From assembly GCA_965178125.1 (NCBI GenBank), contig OZ237744.1:868001-932000 (forward strand): DNA of 64,000 nucleotides. Reading direction: 5' to 3'. Both the position numbers and the translations under genes were made by a program. Below, in pieces: positions 25,071 through 38,265 of this stretch. Within the stretch, counting starts at the first letter, position 1. Every line of letters starts with the position of its first letter. The notes beneath the pieces are model-generated. The model worked only from the letters and a program-made list of their open reading frames with translations. It was not told the origin of the DNA and made no database searches. The DNA comes from Bilabrum cf. latius (Eukaryota).

Positions 25071-28000
25071 ATGGAGTGGCTTCGGGGAATCAGCGATTAT
25101 GTAGCAAAACAGTCCATTATATCGGTATTAAACTCTTCGCTGAGCATATACCTCAAACGGAGTCCAATTACCTCTGATTAGGTTGAATTTTCGACTGAGC
25201 GCGGTGTTTCGCTGGTTGTTCGTGACCTCGAGCTGCAGTTACGCCCGGGTGCAGAGCTGCTCTAGATTAAGCATCTCAATCTTTCAGCTGGAGTTGCTGC
25301 CGTTGGGCATGTAGCCAGCGCTAAAGTTGTCGTTCGAGGCGTTGTGCTTACCACCGTGATGCAGCGGCCAAGCGTCCGTCGAGCACTGTCAAATAGAGAT
25401 TCTGCTGCTCCATACGGCCCAGTGCATCCGTAGGTACCGCAACTGTCGCATTGGGGTCGGGCTACTGGTATTTTAAGAGCCATGGAATCCCTCGCTGGGA
25501 GGTTTGCCACTGATTTAGAAGTTGAAGTGTTCGATGTTCGTGTTCAGCTAGACTTTCCCAAAGGCACAGATCCACGAGCCAGCCAAGCCCACACGAAAGC
25601 CAGTCCCTCTGTTGCATCGCGGCGATCGATGGCGACAGGTGGCGCAACATGTGCAAGCGTGTCTCAACCAATCGCGTCTGGGGTGCAGCTTCGCGTCGAT
25701 CGCATTCGAGCTCTCGTGTCCCAGCACGGGGGCCAGCCGCACGCAGAGGATCTAGGTGCGAGTGTGTTGGAAGAGTCTGGTCAGTGGCAGGTCCCTTCTG
25801 CAGGGGACAGATACAGCTGGGCGGGCACCGCGGGGGGTGTGCTGGAGAGGACGATCGCCTGCTTCGGCGTCTCCCTCGGGCTGCTGGTGGATGCAACCGA
25901 CGGGGGAGGTAGTGCCGAGGTCATCCCTCTCTTATGTTTTGCGGGGGATTCGAGGGTCCATCGGATGGAACCGGCTGGCAGAACTGCCTCACATGCCTCG
26001 CATGCCCAGCAGGACGCCACTGGACCAACTCGCTCTCGCCACGAAGGCGAGGAGCTATCCGAGAGTGGAGCCACAGCCAGCGCGGGAGTGACCCCAGGCG
26101 GGGCGATGCCTTGGTAGACAAACGACAGTACGTCTGGCCTAGACTCAGCTGGATATTTTGCAGGGGCTGCATGGCAGGGCGGCAGCGGCGTGTTCGGAAG
26201 CGGGGGAGTGCTCGGCGGTCATCTTCAGCAGGGTGCTGGCGGTGGACTGGCCATGGCTGGTGATGCTGCAGCGGGGGCAATTGGTGAGCATTCGCTTAAT
26301 TCTGGTGGTACCCCCAGCTTATAGCGGGCAGACGCATCGTGGGATACCCACCTTTTATCGGTAGACGTGGCACCTCTCAAGGTGAAGGTGCAGCTGCACG
26401 CGGCCCCGCGACCCAGCGGCTCGACCGCAGGTCGAAAGATGAGGATTGACGCGCACGTGCAGGCCGGTGGATTGCGGGTTTTGATGTCCCCTTCCCGATT
26501 GCGCGGGCTGGCACCGCTTGTTGCCCTGCTGATGGTTCCTGCCCCCGTGGCCTCCGGAACCTTCGCGGACGCGATCTGTCCCTCGGTGGCACGTACGAGT
26601 TCTGCACGAGTACCAGCTGCCGGTGGAACTGACAAGAAGGATGGTGCGAGCGTTTCAAGCGACGACGAGGCTGTTGTTGAGCGGATACTGCTCACTGCAG
26701 CAGGCGTGAAGCCAGAGGCTGGTAGCATTGCTGCAGATGGCGCGGCACACCTACCAGCTGTCTCTCCTGAACCTGCTAAGCCATCTGGTCTGCGAGAGGA
26801 CACCGGTACGGTTACAGGGGGATTTGTTTAGACATTAGGCTGGCTAGTTGGTCTATCCAATGCTCCTAGCGGCCGAGCTACCCTGTCACCTGAGGGCAGT
26901 GATTCAGCGGCGTCTGCCGTCGGGCGCGATGTAGGTGCAGTTGATGCGGGTGCCAATGAGGAGGGAGTCGGCAGCAACTCCATGTTTTCTTTCGCCGCAA
27001 GGCCTGTGGTAACACGCGGGTTAGAGCCGCAAGGTAAAATGGGGCCCGGTAAAGGTCAGGATGGGCCCAGAGGTGACGATACCATGACCTCATTCATGTC
27101 CTTTCAGTCAAGCGGGTCATCGTTCGTGCAGTCGGCTACCGAACAGCAGGAAAAGTCTTCGCTTCGCAAATCAAAGGTAGTGGAACAATCTATGTAGGCA
27201 TCGCGGCTAGCAGAGCGATCGAGTTAGATTATTCTCAGGCTTGATGCAGCTGTCCGCTATGTACAGGTGCAGCTCTTCGACTGTGAGCCGAGTGGGCCAA
27301 CGAGCGAGAATGCCAAAGCACTCGTTCTCAGCCTAGGAAATTTGAGAACCAAGTAGGCTGAAGCACTCGAGCTTGCCACATTCGGAGTAATGCTCGAATA
27401 TGTACAACTAGACAGCGAACTGCGCTCGCCGTGGGACGGAGATCTGACTCTCGCTTCAACCTCAGACGGCAGTGACGAAGCGACAGACTCAGACGCAGCC
27501 AGCAGCGCGGCAAACGAAATGGATGACGCGGTGCCTCTCGGTGGAATCGCTCCCACGGTGAAAGGGGTTCAAGATGCTGCAATCATGCAGTTTGCCGCCC
27601 TGCGTGGAAGCAAGTCCGACGAATCAGGTGCGAGCATCGATGTTGAACTCGGTGACATTAGTCTGCGAGTTCCAACCAGCAGCCTCCATGTGCTGCTTTG
27701 CAATGGATACCATGCTGCCCTTGAGGCTGTATCCAACGAAGTTGATCACGAGCTTGACATGCAGTGGTAGTCCATTTCTGATGTGATTTCTGGCGCAGTG
27801 CCAGTACTGTACCTGCCTGCTGGAGCAGACCCTAGTAGTGCGGGCAAGCGCTACCCTGGGCTGGCGCTGGTCGAGATAAAGCCACCACACGTCTCAATTG
27901 CAGCCTCAAAGCTGTCGCTCTCTATCGCGGGGGACTCGCCTGGAAACAGTAGCCTATGCATTAATGTAGGTGCCGTTAACGTTAGGAATGATGCCCTGGG

Positions 28001-31000
28001 CGTGTGCATTCCATCCAACCACGCCGACAAGCTACCCGCGGTTGATTCATTAATCGGCTGGAGGCGTTTCGTACGGGGCGTTTCAGTACCATCGATGTGG
28101 ACGATCGATGGGATGTAGTGGTCTCTTCATGCAGTTGGGGAGGATGCCGGGACCAGGGAGCTTCTTCGTCTCGACGGTGTTAAAGGCTCTGGTCAGAACC
28201 CTGGTGTGCTTGTTTGCAGCCTACCAGCGCCCCTGCACACCGCACTGCGAGATAATGATTCGAGTGATTCTACGGGCGATCAGTCGTTCGAATCCCGCGT
28301 ACTCCGTGGTTGCAGCGGTTTCCCACAACTTCGTGCAGTATCCTCGGTTGGAGTTAGTAAGCCTGCTAAATATGTCGACGGAATGGCGGACCATCAACAG
28401 GCGTATCAATTCTGCGCATCGATGGTCCGTGTCGATCTGTGCAGCGCCCAGCTGTTCCTTGATCAGGTGCAGCAGTCAGACTCGCAAGCAATTACCAGTC
28501 TGATGCAAGCATTAACCCCTAGAGCGTCCGATTTGGTCCACGATGAGCCAGAGGATGCGCAAGAGCCTGTAGAGGTTGAAGAGACGAACGGCTCGGCTTT
28601 AACCGTGATAGCAGCATCTAGTCTTGCAATAGCATGGAAAGAAATCAATGCTGTGGAACTATAGCAGCCTGTAGTGGAGATTCTAGCGGCCTCTAGTCTG
28701 GAAGAGCCCACCCCAAGTGGACACCGACTTGGAACAGCGACTTCTGTCAGCGTGGCTGGCTGCAACCTTGCCACTATGGAAACTATCGCCGCTGTTAGGT
28801 CGGACAAAATCGGACTTCTTGTCGCTGCGTTCTCCCCTCACAGTGGATCCGAACCAGAAGAAATGGGTCACAACAACACCCCTGCAGTCGCATCACCAGG
28901 CGTGTATGTTGCAGGGACCGATGCTGCAGGAAGTGCTGAACCTGCAACTGATCCAGGCGTTGCGCCCGTAAGCGGAACAGCATCGCTCCTTTCTGTCAAC
29001 GTTGCGCATATTAAGCACTTATATGCGACCAAAGGTGATGGGACCCTGTTCCTTGGGATGGTGAAGTCTCCATCATTTTAGGCGGAGTGGTTGCCTGGTA
29101 GACCGGGGGCCCTTCGGCTCGAGTGTCCTGGGATTACGTGCCGCCTCTCAAGTGATCCAGGCCTTGGCGATATTCTAAATGTCGAAGATATTCAGTGCGT
29201 GTACGGTGCAGCCGCCGCGGAAGAAGCACCAGTCCGTGTTGCCCACACCGCTGACCTTCGCGACTCGTTGTGCGAAACAGCTGCAGATATTCGCATTGGT
29301 CAGGTATCTTGCAGTCTCGTTCCGGCTGTGGTGAAGCAAACGTTGCTAGTCTTGAGAGACCAAGGCGTTATCCCACCTCCGGAGAAGCTAAGACAGCCGC
29401 TCGGGGGGTCATTAGGGCATGCAGCCGCGGCAGCTCCAGCAAGCCGACCGCAGCATGTTGCGGTTCAACCGACTCTCACAGAGCTGCGCCCAACGCTTCT
29501 GCTGCACGATGGGCTAACGACACGAAGTGGTGGTATCTCGTCGTTACCATCCGCTAAGCTGCCGGCATAGTCCGTGCATTCCGAGGCCGAGATTCGATCG
29601 CGACTAAAGCGAGCTCTCGCCCGGTCTGATCGGTTTGGGATGGACTCATCTTTCGCAGCAAGTATCGAGTCTGTTGATGCCAGCGAAGATGCTTCGAAGG
29701 GAAGATCTAAAGTGTAGGATCATCCCCAGGTTGTTATTGATGACTTCTTTTCCGATGCGTATGCTTCTTTAGGGACCTTCGATGTAGAAGATGGAGCCAG
29801 TGTCACCACCGAAGCAGTTAGCTCCTCCGCTGCCTCACCAACGGGTGATGGCAACCTGCTCATGTCAGTTATGATTGATGGGGAGAGCGGAAGTTCGCCA
29901 CAATAGGTTGATATTCTCCAATCATCGATCGAAGAGGTGAAGGGTGGCATTGCTTCAGCGGAAGTGATCGGTGACTTCTTCACTAGCAGCGAGGATTTGT
30001 CGCTGCCGGGCAAGCCTCGTGCCACGGGGACTTAGCCTAGTACCAACGACGGAACCGTTTTCCAATGGATTTTTTCCCATTGCACAAAGTTTAAGACGAA
30101 AATGAGAGGGCGCATTGGCTCAGTAGTTCTCGCCATATAGTGTAGGCCCGGCGGGAGAGCATTCCGTGCCGAGTTGCAGTCGTGCGGCATAGTGGGCTTC
30201 GTAGGCAGAGCGATGGCAGATAGGCCGGACAGGCCACAACCAGAGAAAGTACAAACTTGGTGTGCCTCTGTTGGTGAGGTATCGCTGAGAAGCGTCACCA
30301 GAGGTGCACCGGATAGGCAATTGCTTTCGCAACAACGTTTGCACCCCGGGGTTCACTCTACACAGGCAGCGTTGCGGGTAGCAACGGCCTCGCTTGGTGC
30401 ATTGAGTGGCATTTCAGTGGCTCTTGCACCTTTGGCTGTGAATGCAACTCTCCAAGACATCTTGCTGGGGGAAGATATCGCGGCAGCATTTGTAGCTGTC
30501 TTGCCGGCTACTGCGCCTGCCTCAGCACGTGCTGAACCGCTCGATAGCCTCAGTATCCAAAGCGGCAGTATTGCTAGCTCTAGACAGAGGTATCTCTAGA
30601 TTTACTGCCGAAATACAAGCGTGACATTTTCATATGTGCCAGGGACCACGGTTGAGCGGACAGAGGGACCGCACCTCCTGCCGGACGGCTTGGTGTCTGT
30701 GCTGGAGGCGCTCAAAGTGGAGGATCTCCGCCTGCCTTTGTCTTTTGTAGACTGGCGGGATGATCGCATGGGGGACATTCTTGCGAGTTGCGGTCGCACG
30801 AGCTCGGGGGCTGGGATTGACCCAGACGAAGCCGATGCGCCGCTTGGAGTGCTTGGACTTGATGGCGTATCTGCCGTTGTGCTGCAAGCATGGCAGCGTG
30901 CTGTCACTGCTAAGCAGATCTTGTCGGCAGCTGGTGCACTGCAGCATCCGCTGGTTCCATTCTAGTCTGTTGCTAGGATTGGAGGGGCTGTCAAGAAGCT

Positions 31001-31604
31001 GGCACTGCTTCCGATCGATGGAGCTGCAGTTGCTGCGAGGGGTGCAGGGCGAATGGCCAGGCGAATGGCTGCTGCCGGCTCGCGCAACTCTGCCGTCGCA
31101 CAAGTGCGGTTGTCGAATCGTAGGCGGCGTGGTGGAGGTGCGTTGCATTGGAGCAGGAAGTTAGGACATGCCGTCGTCGGTCTAGGAAGGGCCTTGGCGG
31201 TCGAGGCGTTGAGGGCGACCTCCTCAGCGGCGGGTGCTCTGCACTCAGGAGCAGGCGCAGCCGAGGGAACGTTACACGAAGCTGACGGGGATCCAGGCGC
31301 CACAACTGCGACAAATATTGGATTGAGACCAGAGAAGGTTGCCGGGGCGGGCTCAGAGGGGGGGGAGTAGATCGTCCTGGCCATCCCAGTGGAGGGGCCA
31401 GGAGATGTATCGTCAGGTGGAGGCACCAGCAGAGAGAGGGGTCTCGGCCGGGTAGTGACAAGGGCGCTGCCAGTGGCGGTCCTTCGGGCCACTGCAGAGG
31501 TGTCTGGAGCAGTCCGTGAGTTGTCCGATGCACTCAGGCGCAGCCTGGTTGCATCGGGTGACCTGGACGATCCGGGCTGGTCCGATGACGAGGAGGACGG
31601 TTGA
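25071..31604 (+). CDS. ATG2: ATG2-like (chorein-N / ATG_C) lipid-transfer protein (~2177 aa)
   Basis: The N-terminus MEWLRGISDYVAKQSIISVLNSSLSIYLKRSPITSD*VEFSTERGVSLVVRDLELQ resembles the ATG2 chorein-N. The C-terminus LKVEDLRLPL...GVLGLDGV...AWQ...KQIL...P.*SVARIGGAVKKLALLPI resembles the ATG2 C-terminal region. Twelve ORF pieces are in frame and separated only by TAG. Ends in TGA. Confidence 0.75.
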
Positions 31605-31734
31605 GGCGAGAGCCTTGCCTTCCCCATAAATTGCGCGGTTGTCTGAATCTATCTTTGCCGCATAAACGAAGACTGGGATCATCTCGATCACTTTTCACCG
31701 TAACTGAACACGCATCCAAGATCCAGGAGAAGCA

Positions 31735-32512
31735 TCATTGCAGCGAGTCCAGCTGCTCCTGGATGTCGTCCAGCTGCCCAAAGAACTCGAACAGCGAGTC
31801 TTCGTCAAACTACAGACGTAGATGCTCATGGCCCTCTGAATATATTCCTTTACCCCGTCCATCGCCGGATTCCCCGACCTCCCCGCTGGTGGGCGCTGGC
31901 ACGGATGATCCAGTCTCTCCAGAAACGGCGGGCCGCTCGCTACCAAACTCAAGGTCCAACAACACAACGGGTCTAACATCCCCAGTGATTCCACCCGATC
32001 CACCACCCATTCTTCGCTCAAAACGGCTGCTTTTCAACTCTGAAGGGCCGCCCAAGCTCACATGTCGCAGTGCACGAAGAATCCTCGCAGATTCTGCTTC
32101 CCAAACGCCCTTGATTGCGTCGCCGTGCTCCGCGCTTAATCCAGCATCAGTCAGCTCAGACCCGAGCCTGTCAGCTTGCACGCCGTGGAAGGCGGCACTC
32201 TCCAAAACGTAGTGGATCCCATTGATAATTTCGTCTGAGCTCTCCTACGCAACGCCTAAAGCTGTAGCGAGCGCTGATTTCTCTGCTGCTGTGAATGCCA
32301 CACCATCTACATCATGTATTGTCTATGCAACCCTGGCAACAATTTTGCGAAACCTATCAACTGGAACACTAGCGAACCTCCCAAGAAGTGAGCGAAACCT
32401 GTGGACAATTGCGGAGGTAGGTAGCAAAAAACTGGATGATTAGCAAGCTGAGAAACATTTTAAGGCGGAGGATTTCGTGAATAGCCCACCTTGTAGTTTC
32501 TGGGAGCTCCAT
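31735..32512 (-). CDS. COMMD10: COMM domain-containing protein 10
   Basis: DRFRKIVARVA*TIH, IHYVLESAAFHGV and C-terminal L*FDEDSLFEFFGQLDDIQEQLDSLQ match COMMD10 ([49 protein letters not shown]). Intron 32399..32489. Ends in TGA. Confidence 0.85.
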
Positions 32513-32638
32513 GACCGCGAATTTGTGTCCAAGCCGCTTGGGCGTCGCCGCGCCGCCGGCATGCAGTGCGGAACCGGAAGCGATTTCGGGCGATCTGGCG
32601 AGACGCGGAAAGATTAACCACTTGGCATGTTGGCGCCA

Positions 32639-35409
32639 TCACTCCGTCTTCATTGGACCATTATGGCCACTCAGATCAACTGGGCACCCTGAATCTACCT
32701 GCTATAAAGGCTTTGGAGCCACTTGGCCACGCCTTTGGCAGTCCCCCACGACAACTCTCACACCCCACCCAAGCCCCAACAGGTTTGCCCACGTAAACAC
32801 AGGGCACATAATCGCAAAGTCGATCCCTTGAAATACCGCAAGTGGCAGGCTGAGCAGCATGAACCCGAGCACGGGCCCAAGGAGGAGACCGCACCCGAAC
32901 AGACTGGCGGGCCTTCCCCACAACAAGTCGCACCCACACCGTCCTGGAGCAGAGGCTGGGCCTCCAATTGCCTCAAATACCTTGTCCTTGCCGGTATTAG
33001 CACTAGCAGCGGGGACACTACCGCCGATTTTGTCGTCTGTTGCAGTATCGGCCGAGATACTTCCAGTCGCTGGGTGCCCGGAACCTGAATCACGTGCTCT
33101 TGAATGTTGCTATGCCCTGCGCATCCCTTCCCGCTGCCACTCATCCAGCAAGAATAGCTAAGCAAGCGGGGTGACACATAGGATCAAGCACATCCCGATA
33201 TAGATGGGCCCGTCGAAGTGAGGCAAGTGGTAGAGGAGGCCCCCGAGTGAGGTGGGGATCCCTGCCGTGATCTCGCCGTGGCTGCTCGATTGAGACTCGC
33301 TGGCTGGAAATGATGGAGCCGTTGTTGCGCGTTTGCCAGTCATGAGCGCATTCCACTCCTGCTCTGCCGACACAGCGTCCTTGCGCATGCCCTCGGTCAT
33401 CACTCCGACGTGGCTCCAGGCGGTCAGCACGCCAGGACGACCCATGAACATCGACGCGCCAGCCGACCACGGACCTACCCACAGCCACACCAGCCACACA
33501 GCGATAAAGATCCTCCACGCAATGGCCTATTGTAGGATACTCCCGGGCTGCTTCTCGTCCACATTACGGGATGCTTTGAGGCGTGTGCAGACATTCAACA
33601 AGGGCCATGCGACTGCGAGGCACAACAGGGCTGTTTGCACCATTCCAGCGGCTAGGAGGCCTTCTCTCTGTGAGTGAGTGGCGAAATACGAGGCCGGCAA
33701 CCCTGGGACAGTAAAGGTCCGTGGAGCACCACCCCGCCCGCTTTCTCGAATATTTCCAGCATCAGACCGGTCACCGCACATGAAGCGGGCAGACTCTGTA
33801 TGTGTCGACGACGCATCGCTGCCTCCTGCCACCGTCAAATCCAGGCGGATCCAAGGATCTTCTGCCCCGCTTCCATCGCTACACAGCGTATCCATCGCGT
33901 CGGCAGACAGCTAAAGGAGCACCCGAGTCCACATAAAATCTGGATCGCGGCGCTGCCCAATCACCTCAACGGGCAGCCGCTCCCGGCCTGCTCGATGACC
34001 ACTCGCGACCGCATGCACGCTTTTTACGGCGTCTTGCGACCACACAACTGCTTCAATGCAGCCGGCACACCTTGGTCCGGACAGAAGCCACTCTCTCGAG
34101 TCCGATAGCGAAGCGTCGCCCTCTACCACGTCGACTGGCCTCACGTACTCTGCAGTCGCAGGTGACGTGAACACCACCACTGGGTCCCACCTATCGGTAG
34201 ATTCATCAGCTTCCTTTTCCTTTGCATTGTAGTCCCGCAATCTGGGCTCCGAGAACCTGACCAGCGGTCCCTTGGCGATGATCACCCGATACCTCCCGTG
34301 GGTCTTGAAGTCAGGCTGCTCCAGCTCCAGCGTGCCTCTGCCCAGCACCCCATGCAATCGTCTGCCCAAATGCCTGAGTCCTGGCACGTCACCATACGGC
34401 AGCTGGTGCAAATGACCAGATATGGCCATCGCCGCATTTCCTTCGTCGTACGTGCGCGCGAGAGCCTGCATCCCTCCCTCCACGACGATCGAGTTGGCGG
34501 GAAAGTGCGCAGCCACAATGGTAGCCGATGAACTTGTGGAGAACTATAATCCGAAGCCACTGGCAGCCAATTCATCCCTGTCGAGGGTACTGTTGGCCTT
34601 TGCTAAATCCCGGATGCGTGCGAGATCGTTGGCGCTGAGGTGCCCAAAAAAGTGGCGGTTTGGCGCTGGGTTAACTGTTGCATCTACTGCTACCACTCTG
34701 ACTCGGCCTCTCGCCCATCTTCCTGATGCAGCTGCGGCTGCGTCTCTGTTCGCGCGGCTGGCAATGTCCACAGCTTTGTGGCGCCCCAAAAGCTCGCCAT
34801 CGTCTCTGTGCACACGCCCCGGGACCTCGATCTGCCTAGCTGCTGGGCCTAGTATGGACGATTGCAAACGCTTCATGTAAAACATGCTTCTTGATAGCAG
34901 AGCTTCATTAAATCGGCAGTGATTGCCAGGAAGATCAACTACCGTACACGTTGGCAGAACGGTCCGAAGTCTCTCTAGAAAGCTCAAATACGATTCCCAC
35001 TCCTATTCTATTTGTCCTTTGCTTTCGAACTGCATCATTGAGCGCTTCGCATCGACCATATCACCGGTGATTATCACGCCATCCGGTCTGTAAGACCAAA
35101 GAGAAACAGGCAAGGACTTTGGATCCGTACCGTGCGCTACCAAACACATGCAAGCAAGCCTTTTCCTCACCCAATTGCAGCCAAAGGCCCCGAAACGAAG
35201 AGATTTAGATTCTAAAGTTTCTGTGTCGACTTGACGGACAGGTGGATATCGCTGATCTGGACCAATACGACAGCACCGTGCTATTCACGGCTTCGATACG
35301 TTGGCGCAGATACCTCTCGGTTCTGTACCCATCCGGGCAGTATACCTACTCCCGCGACACTAAACACCAGAATTAGGACCTATGTGACTGGCAGAAGTGC
35401 TTCGATCAT
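32639..35409 (-). CDS. TMEM62: TMEM62-like calcineurin-like metallophosphoesterase with C-terminal transmembrane helices
   Basis: Motifs QISDIHLS, VIITGDMVDAK, DLPGNH, VDATVNPAP, GHLH and GTLELE...RYRV, with hydrophobic segments at both ends. Intron 35088..35170. Multiple internal TAGs. Ends in TGA. Confidence 0.82.
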
Positions 35410-35589
35410 TGAAATAATCACTAAAAAGCACAGGTGACAAGGAAAAAGTAGAATTGAACTTGATCGTCATCACACACTCCAGGGATTGGATCCCGGAGGG
35501 CCCAGTTCCCAGTCACCCACACGCAGTACCCCAACATGAGGTCCGGTCCGTAGCTATTGCGGTACTCCTCTAGCATAACGACGTATGTG

Positions 35590-38232
35590 TCAACTAGTCC
35601 CGTCCCCAGCATCGGCCCGGGAACCGGGCCTGGCCCCAATGCCCCAGAGCGACGGTGACGGGGTCACTGGAGCATCAGACCCGCTGCCACTCGCGGCACT
35701 TGTGCCAGAGTTTCCGGCCTCTCCTTGTCCCGATACAACGGAACCACCTGGATAAGTCCCTCCACTGAACAAGCTACCGTGCAACTGCGGCACATAAGTC
35801 ACTACGCTGATCGAGTCCGCTGTCGCTGGAATAGAGGCAGGCAAGTCGGGATCCCTGCCCTCATCACACCCAGAGCCAGCCTCCGATCCGCGCACCCCGT
35901 TGGAAATAGCAACCCCTGTTTCCACATCGGCATTTGCGTCACGGACAGTAGATGGCCTAGATGGGGAAGCACCGCTGGCACCGAAGGGCAGTGCAGCGGA
36001 TCGCCCAACACCCATAGCTTCGGCATCTGACAGCGACTCTGCCCGCCTTCGCGGAGACTGTCCATCACCGTAAAAAACGCTTCCGTCCCTACTTCCAGCG
36101 CCAGCGAATGTTCCTGTATGTCCACAATGCTCTGCGACCGGCAACAGACCAACAGACCTAAGCGGCGATGCACGCTTGGAGGAAGCAGATGCAGACCGAG
36201 TCATACGGTGCAAGACACCAGGCGCCCGCTAGACATCTAGCACCGCGCCATCAGTAATGCATGCCCCAGTCTAAACTACAGCACCATCCAGTCCTCCGTC
36301 TACACCCACAAGGCCCGCACACGCTCGTGACAACACATCCCCATCCCACTTCAACGGATGCCCCGCGCGGCTGCGGTCACGCTGATCACGCAGCAACGAC
36401 CACACTGACGGACCGCGACGCACAAACAGACTGCGCGCATCCTTGCCAGACCCAAACCCACGACCGGCTCCCTCGTACATACCATGCAGCGCGTCCACAT
36501 GCGCCTGTGCCTCCGACTCGCTCAAACCGTGCAGATTGTCGCCCGCCTGCAACCGAGGACCTGCAGACCCACACACACTCTCGCCTGCAGACCCTGCCGC
36601 CGCGGTAGCCGCAGAAGCACCAGCACCAGCACCAGCACCGGCACCGGCAGACACTCCCAACTCTCCCGAAGCCGCGCCCGATGCAGCGTCTGCCCCGCTC
36701 CCCCACGCATCCACGCTCCCGCCCGACTGCTGCACATCTCCAAATGCAGAGCCAGAGACAGATCCTGATGCCGATGCCGATGCCGATGCCAAGGCCGCCC
36801 CAGACTCACCCTCCTCGTCTGCGCCATGCACGTCGCCGCCGCCCCCGCTGCCGTCCTCCTCGGGTGACTCCACAGCATCGCCATCGACATCGACATCGCC
36901 CCACCCTGCCGCAGCGGCTGCCGCGCCCCAACCGCCATCGTCATTTCCATCAGTCGCACCGCCGTCGCCAGGCCCTGCACCCCCGAAGCCCCCCGCTGAT
37001 CCCGACCCTGACTCAGAGCCCCAGCCACCCTCACCCTCACCCGCACCGACCAACTACGACTCGCCCGATGATCCAGGCCCAAACGCATCCTCGCCAGATC
37101 CGCCCCAACCACCATCCTGCTCCGCCGTCTCCCCGCCCCATGCAGAATCAGATCCTGATGCTGCCTACGGCTCCGGCTCCGGCTCCGGCTCCGGTGATGG
37201 CTCCGCCGCTGGGGCTGCAGAGGCAGATGGCTCAGACACACACGGCGCTTCCGATGTCACAGCTACCGACACGCCCGACACACCCACAAGGCCCGCGCAC
37301 GCTCGTGACAACACATCCCCATCCCACTTCAACGGATGCCCCGCGCGGCTGCGGTCGCGCTGATCACGCAGCAACGACCACACTGACGGACCGCGACGCA
37401 CAAACAGACTGCGCGCATCCTTGCCAGACCCAAACCCACGACCGGCTCCCTCGTACATACCATGCAGCGCGTCCACATGCGCCTGTGCCTCCGACTCGCT
37501 CAGACCGTGCAGATTGTCGCCCGCCTGCAACCGAGGACCTGCAGACCCACACACACTCTCGCCTGCAGACCCTGCCGCCGCGGTAGCCGCAGAAGCACCA
37601 GCACCAGCACCAGCACCAGCACCAGCACCAGCACCAGCACCAGCACCAGCACCAGCACCAGCACCAGCACCAGCACCAGCACCAGCACCGGCAGACACTC
37701 CCGACTCTCCCGAAGCCGCGCCCGATGCAGCGTCTGCCCCGCTCCCCCACGCATCCACGCTCCCGCCCGACGGCTGCACATCTCCAAATGCAGAGCCAGA
37801 GACAGATCCTGATACCGATGCCGATGCCGATGCCAAGGCCGCCCCAGACTCACCCTCCTCGTCTGCGCCATGCACGTCGCCGCCGCCCCCGCTGCCGTCC
37901 TCCTCGGGTGACTCCACAGCATCGCCATCGACATCGACATCGCCCCACCCTGCCGCAGCGGCTGCCGCGCCCCAACCGCCATCGTCATTTCCATCAGTCG
38001 CACCGCCGTCGCCAGGCCCTGCACCCCCGAAGCCCCCCGCATCGCCGAACGCAGCCCCCGCTGATCCCGACCCTGACTCAGAGCCCCAGCCACCCTCACC
38101 CTCACCCTCACCGACCAACTACGACTCGCCCGATGATCCAGGCCCAAACGCATCCTCGCCAGATCCGCCCCAACCACCATCCTGCTCCGCCGTCTCCCCG
38201 CCCCATGCAGAATCAGATCCTGATGCTGCCTA

Positions 38233-38265
<33 letters not shown>

